From the NCBI GenBank assembly GCA_050084985.1, contig JBITNC010000001.1:5766001-5830000 (forward strand): DNA of 64,000 bases, in the 5' to 3' direction. The notes under the pieces are model-generated. The model had not been told where the DNA came from and ran no database searches. It worked only from the letters and a program-made list of their open reading frames with translations. The DNA comes from Nageia nagi. Lineage: Eukaryota > Plantae > Pinophyta. The position numbers and the translations under genes are program-made. Of this stretch, positions 11,595 through 24,670 are shown one piece after another (the stretch's first letter is position 1; the number at the start of each line of letters is the position of its first letter).

Positions 11595-12344
11595 TGCTAC
11601 AAAAACAAATAAATATGCAATAAGAATGTAAACTTTTACAATTTTTCCATCTATACATATAAAACAACTAATAAGCAAACATGTCCCACATGTGTAAACT
11701 CATTAACCACGATCCATAGAAGGATAAAGTTGGGGTTGTTTTCTTGTATAGAATTAGGCCTTCACCTGGATGCCCGCAAGGTGGAGCCCAGGTACTACCA
11801 GTCCTCAACCAGTTCACCTTGGTCAGTGATATACTCTCACAAGGAGAAGTACTTACTATTTTCCAAGGATCCGACGTATCTTGGACCGACCATTTTAATT
11901 ATCTTGATTAAGGGTTTCAGTTTTCCTCCTAGGTTATCAGGATAATCCCTGAATGGACGTGCGGACATGTGGTATCACTACACACATGCCTGTCCACCTA
12001 ATAGAGTTATGTCCAATCCAACAGAGGTCTTAGGGGCAATTAAGACGGACTTACCACCACTTGGTTCTTCGGACTAAAAGGGCTCCAGTCTGCCCTGTCC
12101 TCACCTCATGGCTCCCCAAACAAGTCATGTTGTGGAAAATACGTGCGGATGTATTCATTTTAGGGGTTACTTTTCACATTTTTGCGTATTGCAAGTATAA
12201 GCAAATGTGCAAAAAATATAAAGTAAGGTGAAAAATTACTCCATCCACACGAACTTGAAACCTTAAAAAGGCCAAAAAATTGAGTCCAATGGGTTTTGTT
12301 CTAACCCCTAAAGGACTTTTACATTGTTCACATTTTTCTCAAAG

Positions 12345-12650
12345 CACTTAATTAAACATTAAGAACTAAGTCCTACTTAGTATATCACGACTTAAAAATT
12401 TAAGTAAGCATTCATCATGCATTAAAAATTTAAGTCCTAAGCATACTTAGTATTTAATTCATAACATGCATTGTATCATGACTTAAAAATTTAAGTAAGC
12501 ATGCATCATGCATTAAAAATTTTAAGTCCTAAGCATACTTATGCATTCTTAACATTTAAGCATACTTATAACATGCATTCTATCATGACTTAAAATTTAC
12601 TTAAGCATGCATCATGCATTAGAAATTTAAGTCCTAAGCATGTTTTTAGT
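12345..12650. repeat. AT-rich tandem repeats in the copia leader
   Basis: Repeated ACTTAAAAATTTAAGTAAGCATGCATCATGCATTAAAAATTTAAGTCCTAAGCAT. Confidence 0.85.
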
Positions 12651-14324
12651 CTTCAAACAAGATACATGCATCTAGATAAAATTTAAGTAAAAAATTTATA
12701 CCAAGGCCCCTCCTTTTTACGTAAAGTTTTATCCCTTTTTAACCATGCTTAGAGAGTGCATATGTAGGTAATTTAAAACATGCAATGTGGAGGAAAAGAT
12801 GAGAAATAGTCTAAGTACTCCTAAGGGCAGTTAATGGAGCAATTGACTTGGAAGCACTAAAAATAAAGAGACCGAAGTCAAGAAGCAATTAAATGCATGT
12901 AGTTGGGCAGGGCAAATAGGGAGGTGGCCAACAACAAAAAAAAATTGAGAGGCAGGGCGGCAGGCGGGAGGGGAGACCAAAGTCGGTCTAGGGGCGAGCC
13001 AGGAAACCGCGTGGGTGGAGGCGGCAGGGCGCGTGGGGTGGCGGTTGACTAACCCAGCCGCGGAGATAGGTCGGCGAGGAGGGAGACACCGTGGGTTGTT
13101 GTTGACTGGAGCAGGGGTGGGGAGTAAAGGAAGGCGACATCAGGCAGCATGTTAAAGAAGGGGTGAGCCATCGTAGGGAGGCTGCAGATGCAGAGGCGGC
13201 GAGCGAGGCAAGCCAGAGAACTGGGTCTACCATGTCAAACAGAGCTTGTTCAGTTTGTGCATAGCCTGTGAATATTGCATGGCATGAAACTGTGTCTGGA
13301 TCATGCGGTGCTTGAAACAATACATGGACCATTCATCTCTACGCTGTTCTCTACGTTTGAGCATAGCCTGCGAGCATGGTAGGCCACGGAATAGAACAGG
13401 CACCCACGGCCAGCACCCTGATGCAGACTGTTGCATGGCATCAAATCCATGCACAGATCATCGAATATGGGCAGTGCTACGTGGCCAGGTCTGTGGAGTG
13501 TTTTGCCGAATACTGGATTGGGACCCGAGCAACATTGCGCTGCAAGCGGGGAAGGTGGAGGCGGTGGGGCTCGCGGAGGAGTGCGGGTGGTGTTGGTCGC
13601 CACCAGTGGCGCGCGAGGAGGACGAGAGGAGCCACCAGAGGTGCTTCCCGCGTGTAATATACTGTATACACGTTTTAATATTTATTTAATGACCATAGTA
13701 AATTTCATTTGAGTGGCCCTGACCCGCCCTTTAAATATTATTTGTTTTATTATATTTTAAACGAATTTAAAATATAAAAAATATATTTGTGATTTATATT
13801 TTAAACAGATTTAAAATATAAAAACTGTATATATATATTTTTGATTGAAATAAATATATATATAATTTTGTTTTGATTCTTTTAAACAAAGTTAAAAAAC
13901 AAAATAAAAAATATCTTCCTCCTTTTTTTTGATATTTTTCACAAAAGACTATTGTAAAAAAAAATCTTTTCAATAAGATGCTAGCATAATATATTTTTGC
14001 TCAAAAGAAAAAATATTTTCTTTGTACATTAAAAATAGATTACTAACATAAAAGTTTGTTAGTAAGAAGAGAATAGCAAAAATATATTATGGTATTGCTA
14101 AGACATTAACATTGAGCTAGCATAATCATACAAAAGATTAGTATCATAATGAACTTTGTTAAAGAAGGATAGAAGGTTATACCTTTGCAAACCTTTTACC
14201 TCACAATGAAGAATGAAGATCTCCAAAGTTGAGAAGGATGAAGCACCTCCAAAATGTAGCTTCCACACCAAAAGAGCTTCCTCAACAAGGAGAGTTTCAA
14301 CACCAAGAAGAGCTTCCTCAACAA

Positions 14325-14337
14325 GGCTCTGATACCA
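14325..14337 (-). promoter_or_regulatory. Primer binding site, initiator tRNA-Met
   Basis: TGGTATCAGAGCC lies 2 nt downstream of the 5' LTR. Confidence 0.95.
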
Positions 14338-14339
14338 AA

Positions 14340-15083
14340 TGAAGGATTTGAACTATAACTAAACAAATCCTCTAGGACCTTAGACTAGGAAACTCAAGAT
14401 AACACATCTATAATTCTAAGAACATCATTCACACAATATGACACCAATATAATGTGGTTCCTCCCTCCTTGGGAGTACATCCACAACTAGCTCTCTTATT
14501 CTCAAATCTATGTCTCTCTTACAACTATTCTACTTGTTGGAATTAACCTAGATCTAATTCCCAAGGTCCAAGACTATAGAAAGCTCAATCACATTCAACA
14601 TGTAAACATCTACAAGCTACTTAACACATTCACACAATATAACACCATGTAATGTGGTTCCTCCCTCCTTGGGAGTACATCCACAACTAGCTCTCTTAAT
14701 GTGGTTCCTCCCTCCTTGGGAGTACATCCACAACTAGCTCTCTTATTCTCAACTATGCCTCTTACAACTATTCTCTTGCTCTCTCCTACACAACCAAGTA
14801 GAGTAATCTTACTCCTCAACTTTAGATCTGTTACAATAGGAGAGGCCCTCTATTTATAGCTTGAGAGCACCTCCCTAACCTCCCTTTAACCCAAGGGTAA
14901 GGTTAGGGTTACAATAAATGTGTGACCTAACTTTCACCTACCAACTAACCCCATGGTTAGGTCAAAGTCCACACATAATAAAGAATTCAATTAATCCCTT
15001 AAGGTATCTACATATCCTTTAAGTGATTAATTGAATTTACAAGGAGTTTAGGAATTCACAATATTTCATTACAAATTCTAACA
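14340..15083 (-). repeat. copia 5' LTR (744 bp)
   Basis: Direct repeat of 5921-6617 with an extra 47-bp tandem copy. Confidence 0.97.
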
Positions 15084-16994
15084 GCATGAATGTCTTGCTT
15101 TCCATATGATATTTACCTTTAGGAATTTCATCAAGCTAGCATGTTATTCTTGTTTCTTGCACTCTCCTATTGGTAGTTAATAAGATACAATTGAGTGACC
15201 CAATTTTCTTCACTATCTCCATGTAGAAAACATTCTATAGCACATGGTTAAATATTGTTGTTTCTCATGTTAAATACAGATGTAGGGAGTTTATGGGTAA
15301 TTGTAAAAATAATTGGTGCTAATTGTAAGGTCTAGTATAAGGATACAAATTCGAAAATAGAATTAATTCTAAAAGTCAAGTTTACATTCCAAATTGGTAA
15401 ACATAAAAAGGATAAGGATACGTAACTCCTTCAAGAAACCCTAATAACTCTTCAACTTCATAATGACACTCAAGACTTTATTTGGAATTTCTTCCACTTA
15501 CAAATATTAAAGAAAATGGCTATCTCATGACCAAAATGTGACCACATAGCTTGTACATATATCAAAATCCCGCCACCCGCCCACCACTCACTTTTTTGCT
15601 TTGCTCCGCTTCATTATAAATCTTGTGCATATATGAAAATATGATGATAAAGCTTGTGCACATATCAAATAGAAAAGTTATTTTAAAATTTGGACAGATA
15701 TGTTGGTGAATGGAATGTTGGCATAATAGTAAAAAATTTGAAATATGAGCCAAGCAACCACGTTTGAATCTTTGAAACATCATTTTTCATATTTTGGGGA
15801 CTTAAGATTTTTCTTGCATTTTGTTTATATATGTAGAGGCTTTAATGACAAACACAAGATTATTGATATACTCGTATGATTTATAATGATATACACACAA
15901 GATTTCTAATAAAATGGAACACAGCTGAGAAATGAATGACGGGTGGATGGTAAAATTTTGATATACACAAGTTATGTGGTCACACTTGATCGTCGGATAG
16001 CCTTTCTCCAATATTAAATACTTGGACACTTACACACCTAAATCTAATATTATTTACAATCAATCTTAATCCTTAAGAATAAGGTTTTGACACTAATTTT
16101 ATAGATATCTCTAATTCTTAGTATAGAAGAACAAGAGAAGATGCTTCTTTATGTGAGTTGTATAAACCTATGCATGGCCTTTGAATGAGAGAAGTATTCA
16201 GAATCTATATTATTTATATGAAATGCCACACAACCACGGTGGCAACATCCAGGTACAATCAGTCAAGGATGATTGAATATCTTAGGTTTTCTTTGAGAAG
16301 GGAGCTCGAAGTGTATGAATTTTGTTTTGTGTTAAATTGTCTTACAGATGAAGCCAACTAATGTCCCCTGAGACCAATCAGCTGAGTACCTACAACCGAG
16401 CTGCACAGAATGTATTGTATGTTACTAAGGTAGATTATATGGATTTTTCCATTGCTTCTATGACAATCATCTAAATCTCCTGCTTGACAAAGATAGTAGA
16501 CAATCCTCTCCTTATCACTGGTCATCTCTAAAATCCACTTGCAAAGAATTTTAATTTTGTGAATTTCGAATGTGACTGGAGAAAGAAGAGTCGAAACTCT
16601 TAATTTGTGTCCACTTTGCTGTTTGGAGGTCCTGTTTCCAAGTCTCAGAGTTTTAATGTTGCTGATCATCAAGGTCTTTTGTGTTAGGAATCATGAACAT
16701 GTTGGCCCCATAATGAAAACCACTTTGATGGAGAGATGTTGCATACGTGGGTTTGGCGTTTCTGATGGATGCCACAGAGAACTAACTACTGAAAATACTG
16801 TCCTTCAGAAAATATAAAATTACATGATATATAGCAGGTCTTAAAAAGTAATGAGCACTTTATGGTTAATAATGGCATAGGAAAACTTTAGCCATTGACA
16901 TATCTGAAGTTTCTACATATTATTCTGAGACTGAAATGTTGAAAAATAGTATTGATTAAGAAAATGATAGTCGTTTATGCTGCATATAATTACA

Positions 16995-17367
16995 AATTTT
17001 AATTGAAGGATACAAGGGGTATCTGAATACATGCAGATGCACTTGACATTCATCATTGCAAGAAGTAGATTTGGTCTTAATCTTTTTCCAGCAATCAATC
17101 GTTTTCATCGAGTAAAATGTATATGACAACATTTGATTTTCTCTGTTGCTTCAGATTGATCAACATTTATTCCTTTCATTAAAAATTTTAATTTAAGGAT
17201 GCAAAGGGTATATCAATATATGCAGATGCACTTCACATTGATCATTGAAAGAAGTAGATTGTAGTCTATCTTCTCTAGTAATCAATTGTTTTCATCAAGG
17301 AAGATGTATATGATGACATTTGATTTTCTCTGTTGCTTCAAATTGAAAATCATTTATTCCCTTCATT
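16995..17367. repeat. Diverged tandem duplication of ~187 bp
   Basis: 16995-17180 and 17181-17367 share ATGCAGATGCACTT and ACATTTGATTTTCTCTGTTGCTTCA. Confidence 0.85.
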
Positions 17368-17899
17368 CTGTCATCTTCACTACCCAAGCATATATCCTAT
17401 TATTAAAGCAACTTGCAAGGAGTTTAATATTCCTTATTATTCTTATCCATCTGCAAGTACTTTGGATTTCCATATGTAATTGTAGTTCGTCATATCATCT
17501 ACTTTTCCGTTTGTGTTAGGTGTTCACTTTTACTGATTGTTCTTGTTTTGCAGTTCTGGGTTACATTGAAGGCGCATTTTCATTATCTCGAGCAAGTTGG
17601 AAGTGACAACTTTGAATTGCATTTCAGCAGTTGAGAAAAATTTCCAAGACTCTTATAAGACAGTATAAAGTTAAATTTTATACAAGTCGGTGCAGGAAGC
17701 TTGTTTATAGCCTTTTAGATGCAGTGAAAGTGTTACAGTTGTTTCACTCTTTATGTGAAGGGGCTTAGGATGAACTTTTCCGGTATACCAGCAATAAGAT
17801 GTGTACTGTGTTGAAGTTTTTTTTAACTTCCGCATCATCATATTTGAGTGTGTTAAGGTGTGTATGGGATGAATTTCTTGTACAACTTTGAATTATCTC

Positions 17900-18480
17900 C
17901 TAACCAGGTATACTGTATCTCTTAAGTCTTTCCTCATGAGACATAGGAGAACCAATTAATGATCAAAACTCTATTATTGTCAAGCCTCTGCTGTACTTAA
18001 TGATAATCACTACATGATTCCACCTTGGTCTGAGTGTTATCACCTTTTTGACAACCACCTCCTCCTTCATCCTCTCTTCAAGAATAGGCCATTTTCTTGA
18101 CTACATCCTTCACACAACATGATACTATCACTCTCAACCTCTTTCATCCTTAAATTCTCAAACTTTCTCTTTAAAGTTTACAATTTGACCACTTTAACTT
18201 GGTTACTCCCTTGGTAAGCCTCTTGTAAAGCCTTCTAACAATTTTGGGCAAACTTGCAATCTACTACCTTTGGTAACAAGCTATTGTCTAGGGCTGATTG
18301 AATGTGGTACAAGGCTAAGAAGTTGTCCTTTGCTTGTCCGTCATTTTGAGAAATGGTAGTCCAATCAGCTAGCTCCACATAACCAACCTCAACATATTCT
18401 AAAGGTCCTTGTCCATCAACATCTTCATCTTGATGCTCCAATAGTCATAGTCTTGGTCATCAAACTCTGGAATGAAAAGA
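17900..18480 (-). pseudogene. Decayed copia gag fragment
   Basis: YDYWSIKMK, EYVEVGY, ALYHIQSALD, LQEAYQGSNQVKVVKLQTLKRKFENL occur across frameshifts. Confidence 0.8.
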
Positions 18481-19369
18481 GATTTATTGTTGTTGACTTA
18501 AGGCTCACTCAACAATAAATAAAAGTTTACCTCCAATGAACCTGCTAAAGAATTTGATCAATTGTGAGAAACAAGACCAACTATGTATTTGCAACTAAAT
18601 GTGAAAGACAAGATTCAACCTCAAACAGAGACAACAAAGGGCTCAAAACATCATTCCACAACATTCAAAAAGTTTAACAGTGCTTGAAAATAGATTGTGA
18701 GCAACCAGTAGATCAAGGGCGCTATGAAATCGCAACAAACAGATCATGGGTGATCTACAAAAGTGTGCCAACCAAGCTCAAACTTTGTGGAAAAACATTA
18801 TGTTCAACCAAACTAAGCTAGTTTCAGTATAAACATGCATATACACTAACAAATTTGTGTGTAGCAAGGAAGAAATGATAACTATATTCTCTTGTTCACT
18901 TCCAACAACAAAGACGACAAACAAAAATGCTCCAATTCAGAATCAGTTCCTACTCACAAATTGCTTCATCCTACTATTGTTACATTTAAATATTAGCTCC
19001 GAATGACATTTAAACTTCCCTTCAATTACAAGAATAAGTTCCTAACCATCCTAAAAGAGAATAAGTACACTTACATTTACAAAATCAGTTACATATTCAA
19101 AGGGGATGAAGAAAATGACATATGGGTAATTCAAGCACCGAGAATTAAATTTTATCTTCGTCAGGCATCATTTTCAAACATCTTCATTTAAACGATCGAT
19201 TTATAAGAAAATTATTATATTATACGATGATTCGCTGCATGGAATCAGATGGAAAGCTGGATAACATCATAATGATGATAAATTCACACTCGTTACACAT
19301 CATGGTCTACTATAATTTTATCTTGTTTCCACAGTTATTCAATCAAGTTTGTAGCAACTTGCCCAACTG

Positions 19370-22188
19370 TACTAACCAGTTAATATATATGAAAACTATA
19401 GGAACGAATGCATGTAAAACTTTTGAAGCACATCTACTGATAACTAAATACAACTCTTCAACAATTCTGCACATTTGGAGTGCATACGAAAAAACAATGG
19501 AGTCAAGTCATACATGAAAAGGTTCAATATAATAAATTAATCTGAATTAAAAAGTCGAAGCAAAACCATACTAATGAAATATATGCCTCAAATTCTACAA
19601 CTTGATAATAAAAGCATTTAAACATTAAAGATTCCATTCTCTATACCAAGCCCACCTCACTATCGATGCTGAAAAACTCCTTAATTATGAACTATTAGTT
19701 ATTATTAGTAGTCACTAACTGAGACAAAATCTGGCTTGAAAAGCACCTCAGTTGGACTAAGAGGGACACATGCGGATAGAAGCTGAGACTATTCTTGAAT
19801 TTGGTAAAGTAGACACATCTGTTGCAAGAAGACTCTACCCTGAAGATGTATTTGTTGAATACCAGTCTTTGATTCATACTTTGGAAGGATTGTGAGGAAG
19901 GTGCACATAATGCTTCTAACAGCTTACAAGTTTAGAACTATACGCAAAGCAACATACTGTTTCTCACCGAAAAACAACATTTTGATGCCAGAGTTCATTC
20001 TTGAGTTTCTATTATTAGTGGTTTGGTGGGGAGATAAGAGAGATTAAACATTCAAAAAGTAGAAATTCATCTTCATGTAAAGAAATGTATGATTCCTCAT
20101 GTTACAGCTCCTTAAAGGGCAGTAATATATGAACATCAAGTTGAGGCACAAATCTGAGAGTCAACACTTGAAATGATAATATATCAGGAGTTGGGCAAAC
20201 GGAGGTATGTTGTCATGAAAACGCACAATTTAAAGGCCCAGTAAACAAATATAAGGTATACATGCCCAAGCAGAAAACATGAATTGACATACAACCATAA
20301 ATAAGCAGCTTTCAGATATGGCAAATGGCTAGATCAGCATGAAAGCCAACCTAGACCCCTTCTAACCCAATTTCAGCAACATGACAATATAGAAGTATAT
20401 ACATTACTTATTGTAACACTCTCCACATTTCCAAAATAAATCTCTTGAAACTTTCTGAAAACTCTTTATAGATGATACCTTTGATTTCATCCAGGGAGAA
20501 TAGTTCAAAGAGACTCATTTTTCGAAGCTTTTTTATCATACTAGGAATCATAAGAAAATGGCTTCTTGCTTCTAAATGCATTGTTATGTTGTGCCTGGTC
20601 TGTTCTATCCATTTTAATGTTGTCATAACAGATTTGGTACACGTATAAGATGAGAGCTATAGAGACTTGTCTTAGTGCAAAGTAGACCCCTTCTAACCTA
20701 ATTTTGGCACCATTACAATACAGAAGGGTATACATAATTTATTGCAACACTTTACATTTCGATAATATTTATCCCTCAAATCTCTTATGTTGAGGCTTTC
20801 TAAGAACTCTTACAGATTGAATACCTTTGAAATCAGCCAGGGTAAACTGGTTAAAGACACTGGCTCATTTTGGGAAGCTTTCTTTATCATGTAAGTCAGC
20901 AAGGGTGAATTGGTTATAGACACTGGCTCTTTTTCGCTCTCACCCTTTATTGACTCACACACACATTGGCTCATTTTGGGAAGCTTTCTTTATCATGCTA
21001 GGTATCATAAGAAACTACCTTCTTGCTTCTAAATGAATAGTTATGTTCACAGTGATATGTTCTATGCCTTTTAATGTTGTCATAACAGATTTGGTTCATA
21101 TATGAGGTAAGCGCTATAGACACTTGTCTTAGAACAGTAGCCTATCTCTTGTGGAATTTTTATGAAACTACTTCATTATTTTTTATGAAGGAAACAGATG
21201 ATGAATTATGAATATCCTCTATAGAGACTAGACTTAGAATAATAGTCATGAAATGTGGAGGATGCAGCTATGCGTGTTATAAAATTAGAGGTTGTGTATG
21301 GCTCACAGTGGTCTCAAAAGTCCCCCTTAACTGGTATGCCAATCCAGTTGTACAGCACCATCTTCGACCATTATGTGGATGGTGTTGAACTATGTAATCA
21401 TTCGTATATGCCTTTGGTATATTGTGTTTGTGTATATTGCATAGCCAATACAAGAAAGGTCGTACTAGGCATCAAATACACGACCATTGGCTTATGGAAT
21501 ATTGCACAGTTGATTTGTGTTGGATTTTATATTTACTATTTGTGTATCATTTACTATTTTTGTATCATAAGAAGAGAGTTCAGATGTAGGGAGGTCAAGG
21601 AAAATAGGCACCAGCAAAAACAAATAAAGAAAACAAGACAGGAAACAGTAACACGAGATATGAAGCCATAGTTATGCCTTAACAAACAGGCTTCAATACA
21701 CAAAGCAAGTGATCCAGAATAATGGGCAGAATGGAAGGCAAGACATCAAATCCAGAAATCCGATGTGTTATAGGAGTTTGGCATCCAAAACCAAGGACAT
21801 CATTCAAGAATATCAAAATAGTAGCACGTTAATGAATCTGAATATTTATATTGACATAATAATAGTGGTGTATAAGTATATCTCCATGAACAATACCCTA
21901 TATCTGTGGACAGATGTATTTGCTATGTACTAGCTAGTTGCGATTACTGGCCAATTAATTTATATGAAAACTATAGGAATGAATGCATCTAAAACTTTAG
22001 AAGCAGACCTACTAATAACTAAGTACAGGTATTCAACAACTCCACAAATTTGGAGTGCATGAGGAAAAACAATGGAGCCAAGTCATAGATGAAAAGGTTC
22101 AATATAAAAAATAGTCTGAATGAAAAAATCAAAGTGAAACCATAGTAGTGAAATATATGGGCTCAAATTCTACAACTTGATAATAAAA
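19370..22188. repeat. Local duplications downstream of PNO1: 19370-19613 resembles 21944-22188, and 20352-20682 resembles 20683-21135
   Basis: Shared blocks TATATGAAAACTATAGGAA and CTCAAATTCTACAACTTGATAATAAAA in the first pair; TAGACCCCTTCTAACC and TTTTAATGTTGTCATAACAGATTTGGT in the second. Confidence 0.85.
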
Positions 22189-22596
22189 ATTATAATGGGT
22201 CCAAATTATGAACAAAAAGCATACCTATAAATTATAAATCCAAGTTTGGATTAGGACAAAATTGCTACAACAAATCTGTTGGCCTTATATAGTAATAATC
22301 TGACTGCCAATTACAAAACTTAATTTACTCATTCAACATCTATAGTAATAATCTGACTGCCAATCTCACAACATCTTACAGCCAGATTCATTCCTGAGAT
22401 TAAATATCCAATTGCAAAAATATTTCCAATAACATATGGCATCAGCCAATATGCTTAATATCAGGAAAATTACAAAAAAAATGGTTAAAAACTCAGAAAT
22501 TCCAAATGTCAAAGAGATGCACCTTGAATGCATCTCCTTAAATAATAACCTCCAATAAAGGTGATATGAAATAGAAATAAAACAATTAGAAGAGCT

Positions 22597-23019
22597 TCAA
22601 AACTTCTCTGCCATTCTTGCACTCACTGTTCTCAGTTTTGAATAGACCTTGCCTGCAGGAGATCCTAAAATTAGACTGCACAAAGCATCTCTGGCAACTT
22701 TAATATTCAAGAAAGATCCCAATATATGAATTCTCGTATCAGCTATCACAATTCTAGTTCTTGTTGAATTCTCAATTGCAAACTTTGTCTTTCCTCCTTT
22801 CCCAGTTAACCTGCCAATTGCTCGAGAAAGATGTTCTCCACGAAGTGTTTTAACATCCTTGATCTCAAATGATTCTATGTACAGATCATCCAACCTCAGA
22901 AGTGCAATGGCATCCGGTACATCAAAGCCAAGCATAAATGCATGGACAAAATCTGCACACTTTTGGAGGTTACTAATTTCTGGGGTGTCTCGGCGTGTCT
23001 TTAATTCAACTCTGCGGGC
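22597..23019 (-). CDS. PNO1: Pre-rRNA-processing KH-domain protein PNO1/DIM2, last coding exon
   Basis: ARRVELKTR..LQKCADFV.AF.LGF..HLSRAIGRL.GKGGKTKFAIEN.TRTRIV..LILGSPAGKVYSKLR. Acceptor CATCAG ends at 23020. Confidence 0.97.
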   Translation of the reverse strand, partial: ARRVELKTRRDTPEISNLQKCADFVHAFMLGFDVPDAIALLRLDDLYIESFEIKDVKTLRGEHLSRAIGRLTGKGGKTKFAIENSTRTRIVIADTRIHILGSFLNIKVARDALCSLILGSPAGKVYSKLRTVSARMAEKF

Positions 23020-23155
23020 CTGATGTGTCACAATGAAAAAGATAATAAATGCAATGAAAGATGCTAGTCATCCATACCAGCAAATGAAAACATGGGAACT
23101 AAGTAAACTTTAAAACATGCCAAAAAGGAAGAAATAGTAATCCTGGTCAAAATAC

Positions 23156-23410
23156 CGGGAGATTCATGCGAATGTCAATCTTCATCTGTTCATAAATAGG
23201 AGTGTATATTTCCATCCACATTTTTTTAAGCGGTGAGAAGCGATGAGCTGGAACAGACACCTTACGGAACTCAGCACGCTTCCCAGACCTTTCAAAAGCT
23301 GTCAATGGTTCAAATTTTGGCTTCATAGGGGCATCACTTGAAGCACCCTGGGAGCTTGCTTCTTCAACTGCCATGGGTTCAGCTTCATTTGCTGCTGCTG
23401 CTTTCTCCAT
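23156..23410 (-). CDS. PNO1: PNO1/DIM2 first coding exon; 136-bp phase-0 intron at 23020-23155; spliced CDS 678 nt, 225 aa
   Basis: FRKVSVPAHRFSPLKKMWMEIYTPI..IRMNL. Donor CCG|GTATTT at 23155. The spliced join reads RMNLP-ARRVELKT. Confidence 0.96.
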
Positions 23411-24548
23411 CTTATTCCTGTTTTAAAAGTACCAACATGTATAAATATGAACAAATATGATTGCAAGTAGTAATATAAAAAAACTTGGTAGTGCCATTGA
23501 CAAAATTAGAGTCAAAGTAAATTTTCTTACAGAAAACCATCACTTGCACTTTAACGTTGACTGGTTACTTAAATTACAAAAAGATTTTACAATAGAACAA
23601 AGCCCCTAGATAGTATTCCCTAATGTAAGTGAACGTTCTCTTATATCTTTCTTTTTCATAAACTCATACATATAAAAAGCAAAGCATTAAAAAAAATTGC
23701 CATGCTGGTTGCACAGGAGGATGTACTGAAAAATAAGAGTACGCAATAAAGAAAAAAGAGGTGTGAGGTAGCAAAATAAATCTGCCTTTTTGAAACCATA
23801 GTTTTTGAGTCTTTTGACAATAATAGCGTTTTTGATGCTGTAAAAAGCTTTATACAAACATACCAACTTATTGGCCAATCCTGCTGCATTTAATAACTGT
23901 ATTAAATTTCAAATAGACAGAGAGTAATTAGAAGAATAAGGTAAAGAACTGCCTGAAAGCTCCTAGTCCTAAGTGTATCTCTCTGATTAAGTTTTCATTC
24001 GTATAATAGAAAGAGTAATTCTTATGCAAACCAAAACTCCACATGTAAATCACCAATGTAATATTATGAAATCAAGGTCCATTTTAGAAAAGAAAAAGCA
24101 TGCAAAAACACAAAATTACATGGAAATAACCTATGCGGGTGCAGCTCTGATCTAATAGTATTAAAATTTACGTTTTTATAGCATGAAGTGGAAAGTACTT
24201 GCAGCACTCGTGCAATTTTATATACATAAAAGCTGCACCTATGTCTCTGAATTATGAATTTGATTTGTAGAGCAAGCAGATATATAACTATAAAAGCGAC
24301 AGAATTTAATAGAACCAAAAAAACCATATGAAAATTGCTCTAAACCCCGCAGGGCTTCTGCTTTGTTCTTCTACATTTCTCTCAACCTAAAAAACTTGGA
24401 AAAATCAGTGACAACATCTTTTCTAAGGCCGATCTGAATTGATTAATACTGTGTTTGGATCCTTACATGAAACTCAAACAAAATATATTGAACAAATCAA
24501 CAGAAGTATAATTGATTGCCACAAGAAGAAGCTATCCGACAAATTCTG

Positions 24549-24662
24549 AAACCCTAAAATGGAAAAAAAGAGAATTCTTACACGCCTCGTATGCAGCAGC
24601 TAGGGTTCGATGTTGGTAACCCCTCGCCTAACTCTGTGAAAGAAGAGAAATATGTAGGGTTT
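24549..24662. promoter_or_regulatory. Telo-box-like motifs around the PNO1 5' end
   Basis: AAACCCTAA (+, 24549-24557), GAACCCTAG (-, 24609-24600) and AAACCCTAC (-, 24662-24654). Telo boxes are typical of plant ribosome-biogenesis genes. Confidence 0.6.
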
Positions 24663-24670
24663 ATGAAGCT
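24582..24670 (-). other. PNO1: Probable non-coding first exon of PNO1; 5'-UTR intron 23418-24581
   Basis: Acceptor AAACAG|GAATAAGATG lies 7 nt before the ATG. Donor CGT|GTAAGA is at 24581. Sequence switches abruptly to AT-rich upstream of ~24700. Confidence 0.7.

Larger units (their letters stand above)
5921..15083 (-). mobile_element. Full-length, very young Ty1/copia LTR retrotransposon (9163 bp)
   Basis: TG...CA LTRs at both ends, 5-bp TSD GCATG (5916-5920, 15084-15088), PBS, PPT and gag-PR-INT-RT-RH order. Confidence 0.98.

Noticed and set aside
11595-11678. N-terminal hydrophobic extension of Gag in the ORF track
   Set aside because: It starts at a non-ATG codon and is the T-rich tract of the putative splice acceptor. 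The likely start is the ATG at 11594.
12988-13712. Six or more overlapping ORFs as real genes
   Set aside because: They are expected from high GC content. Only short PPR-like patches are recognisable.
21255-21933. Plus-strand ORFs of 138 and 74 aa
   Set aside because: Non-ATG starts, no recognisable domain and low-complexity composition.
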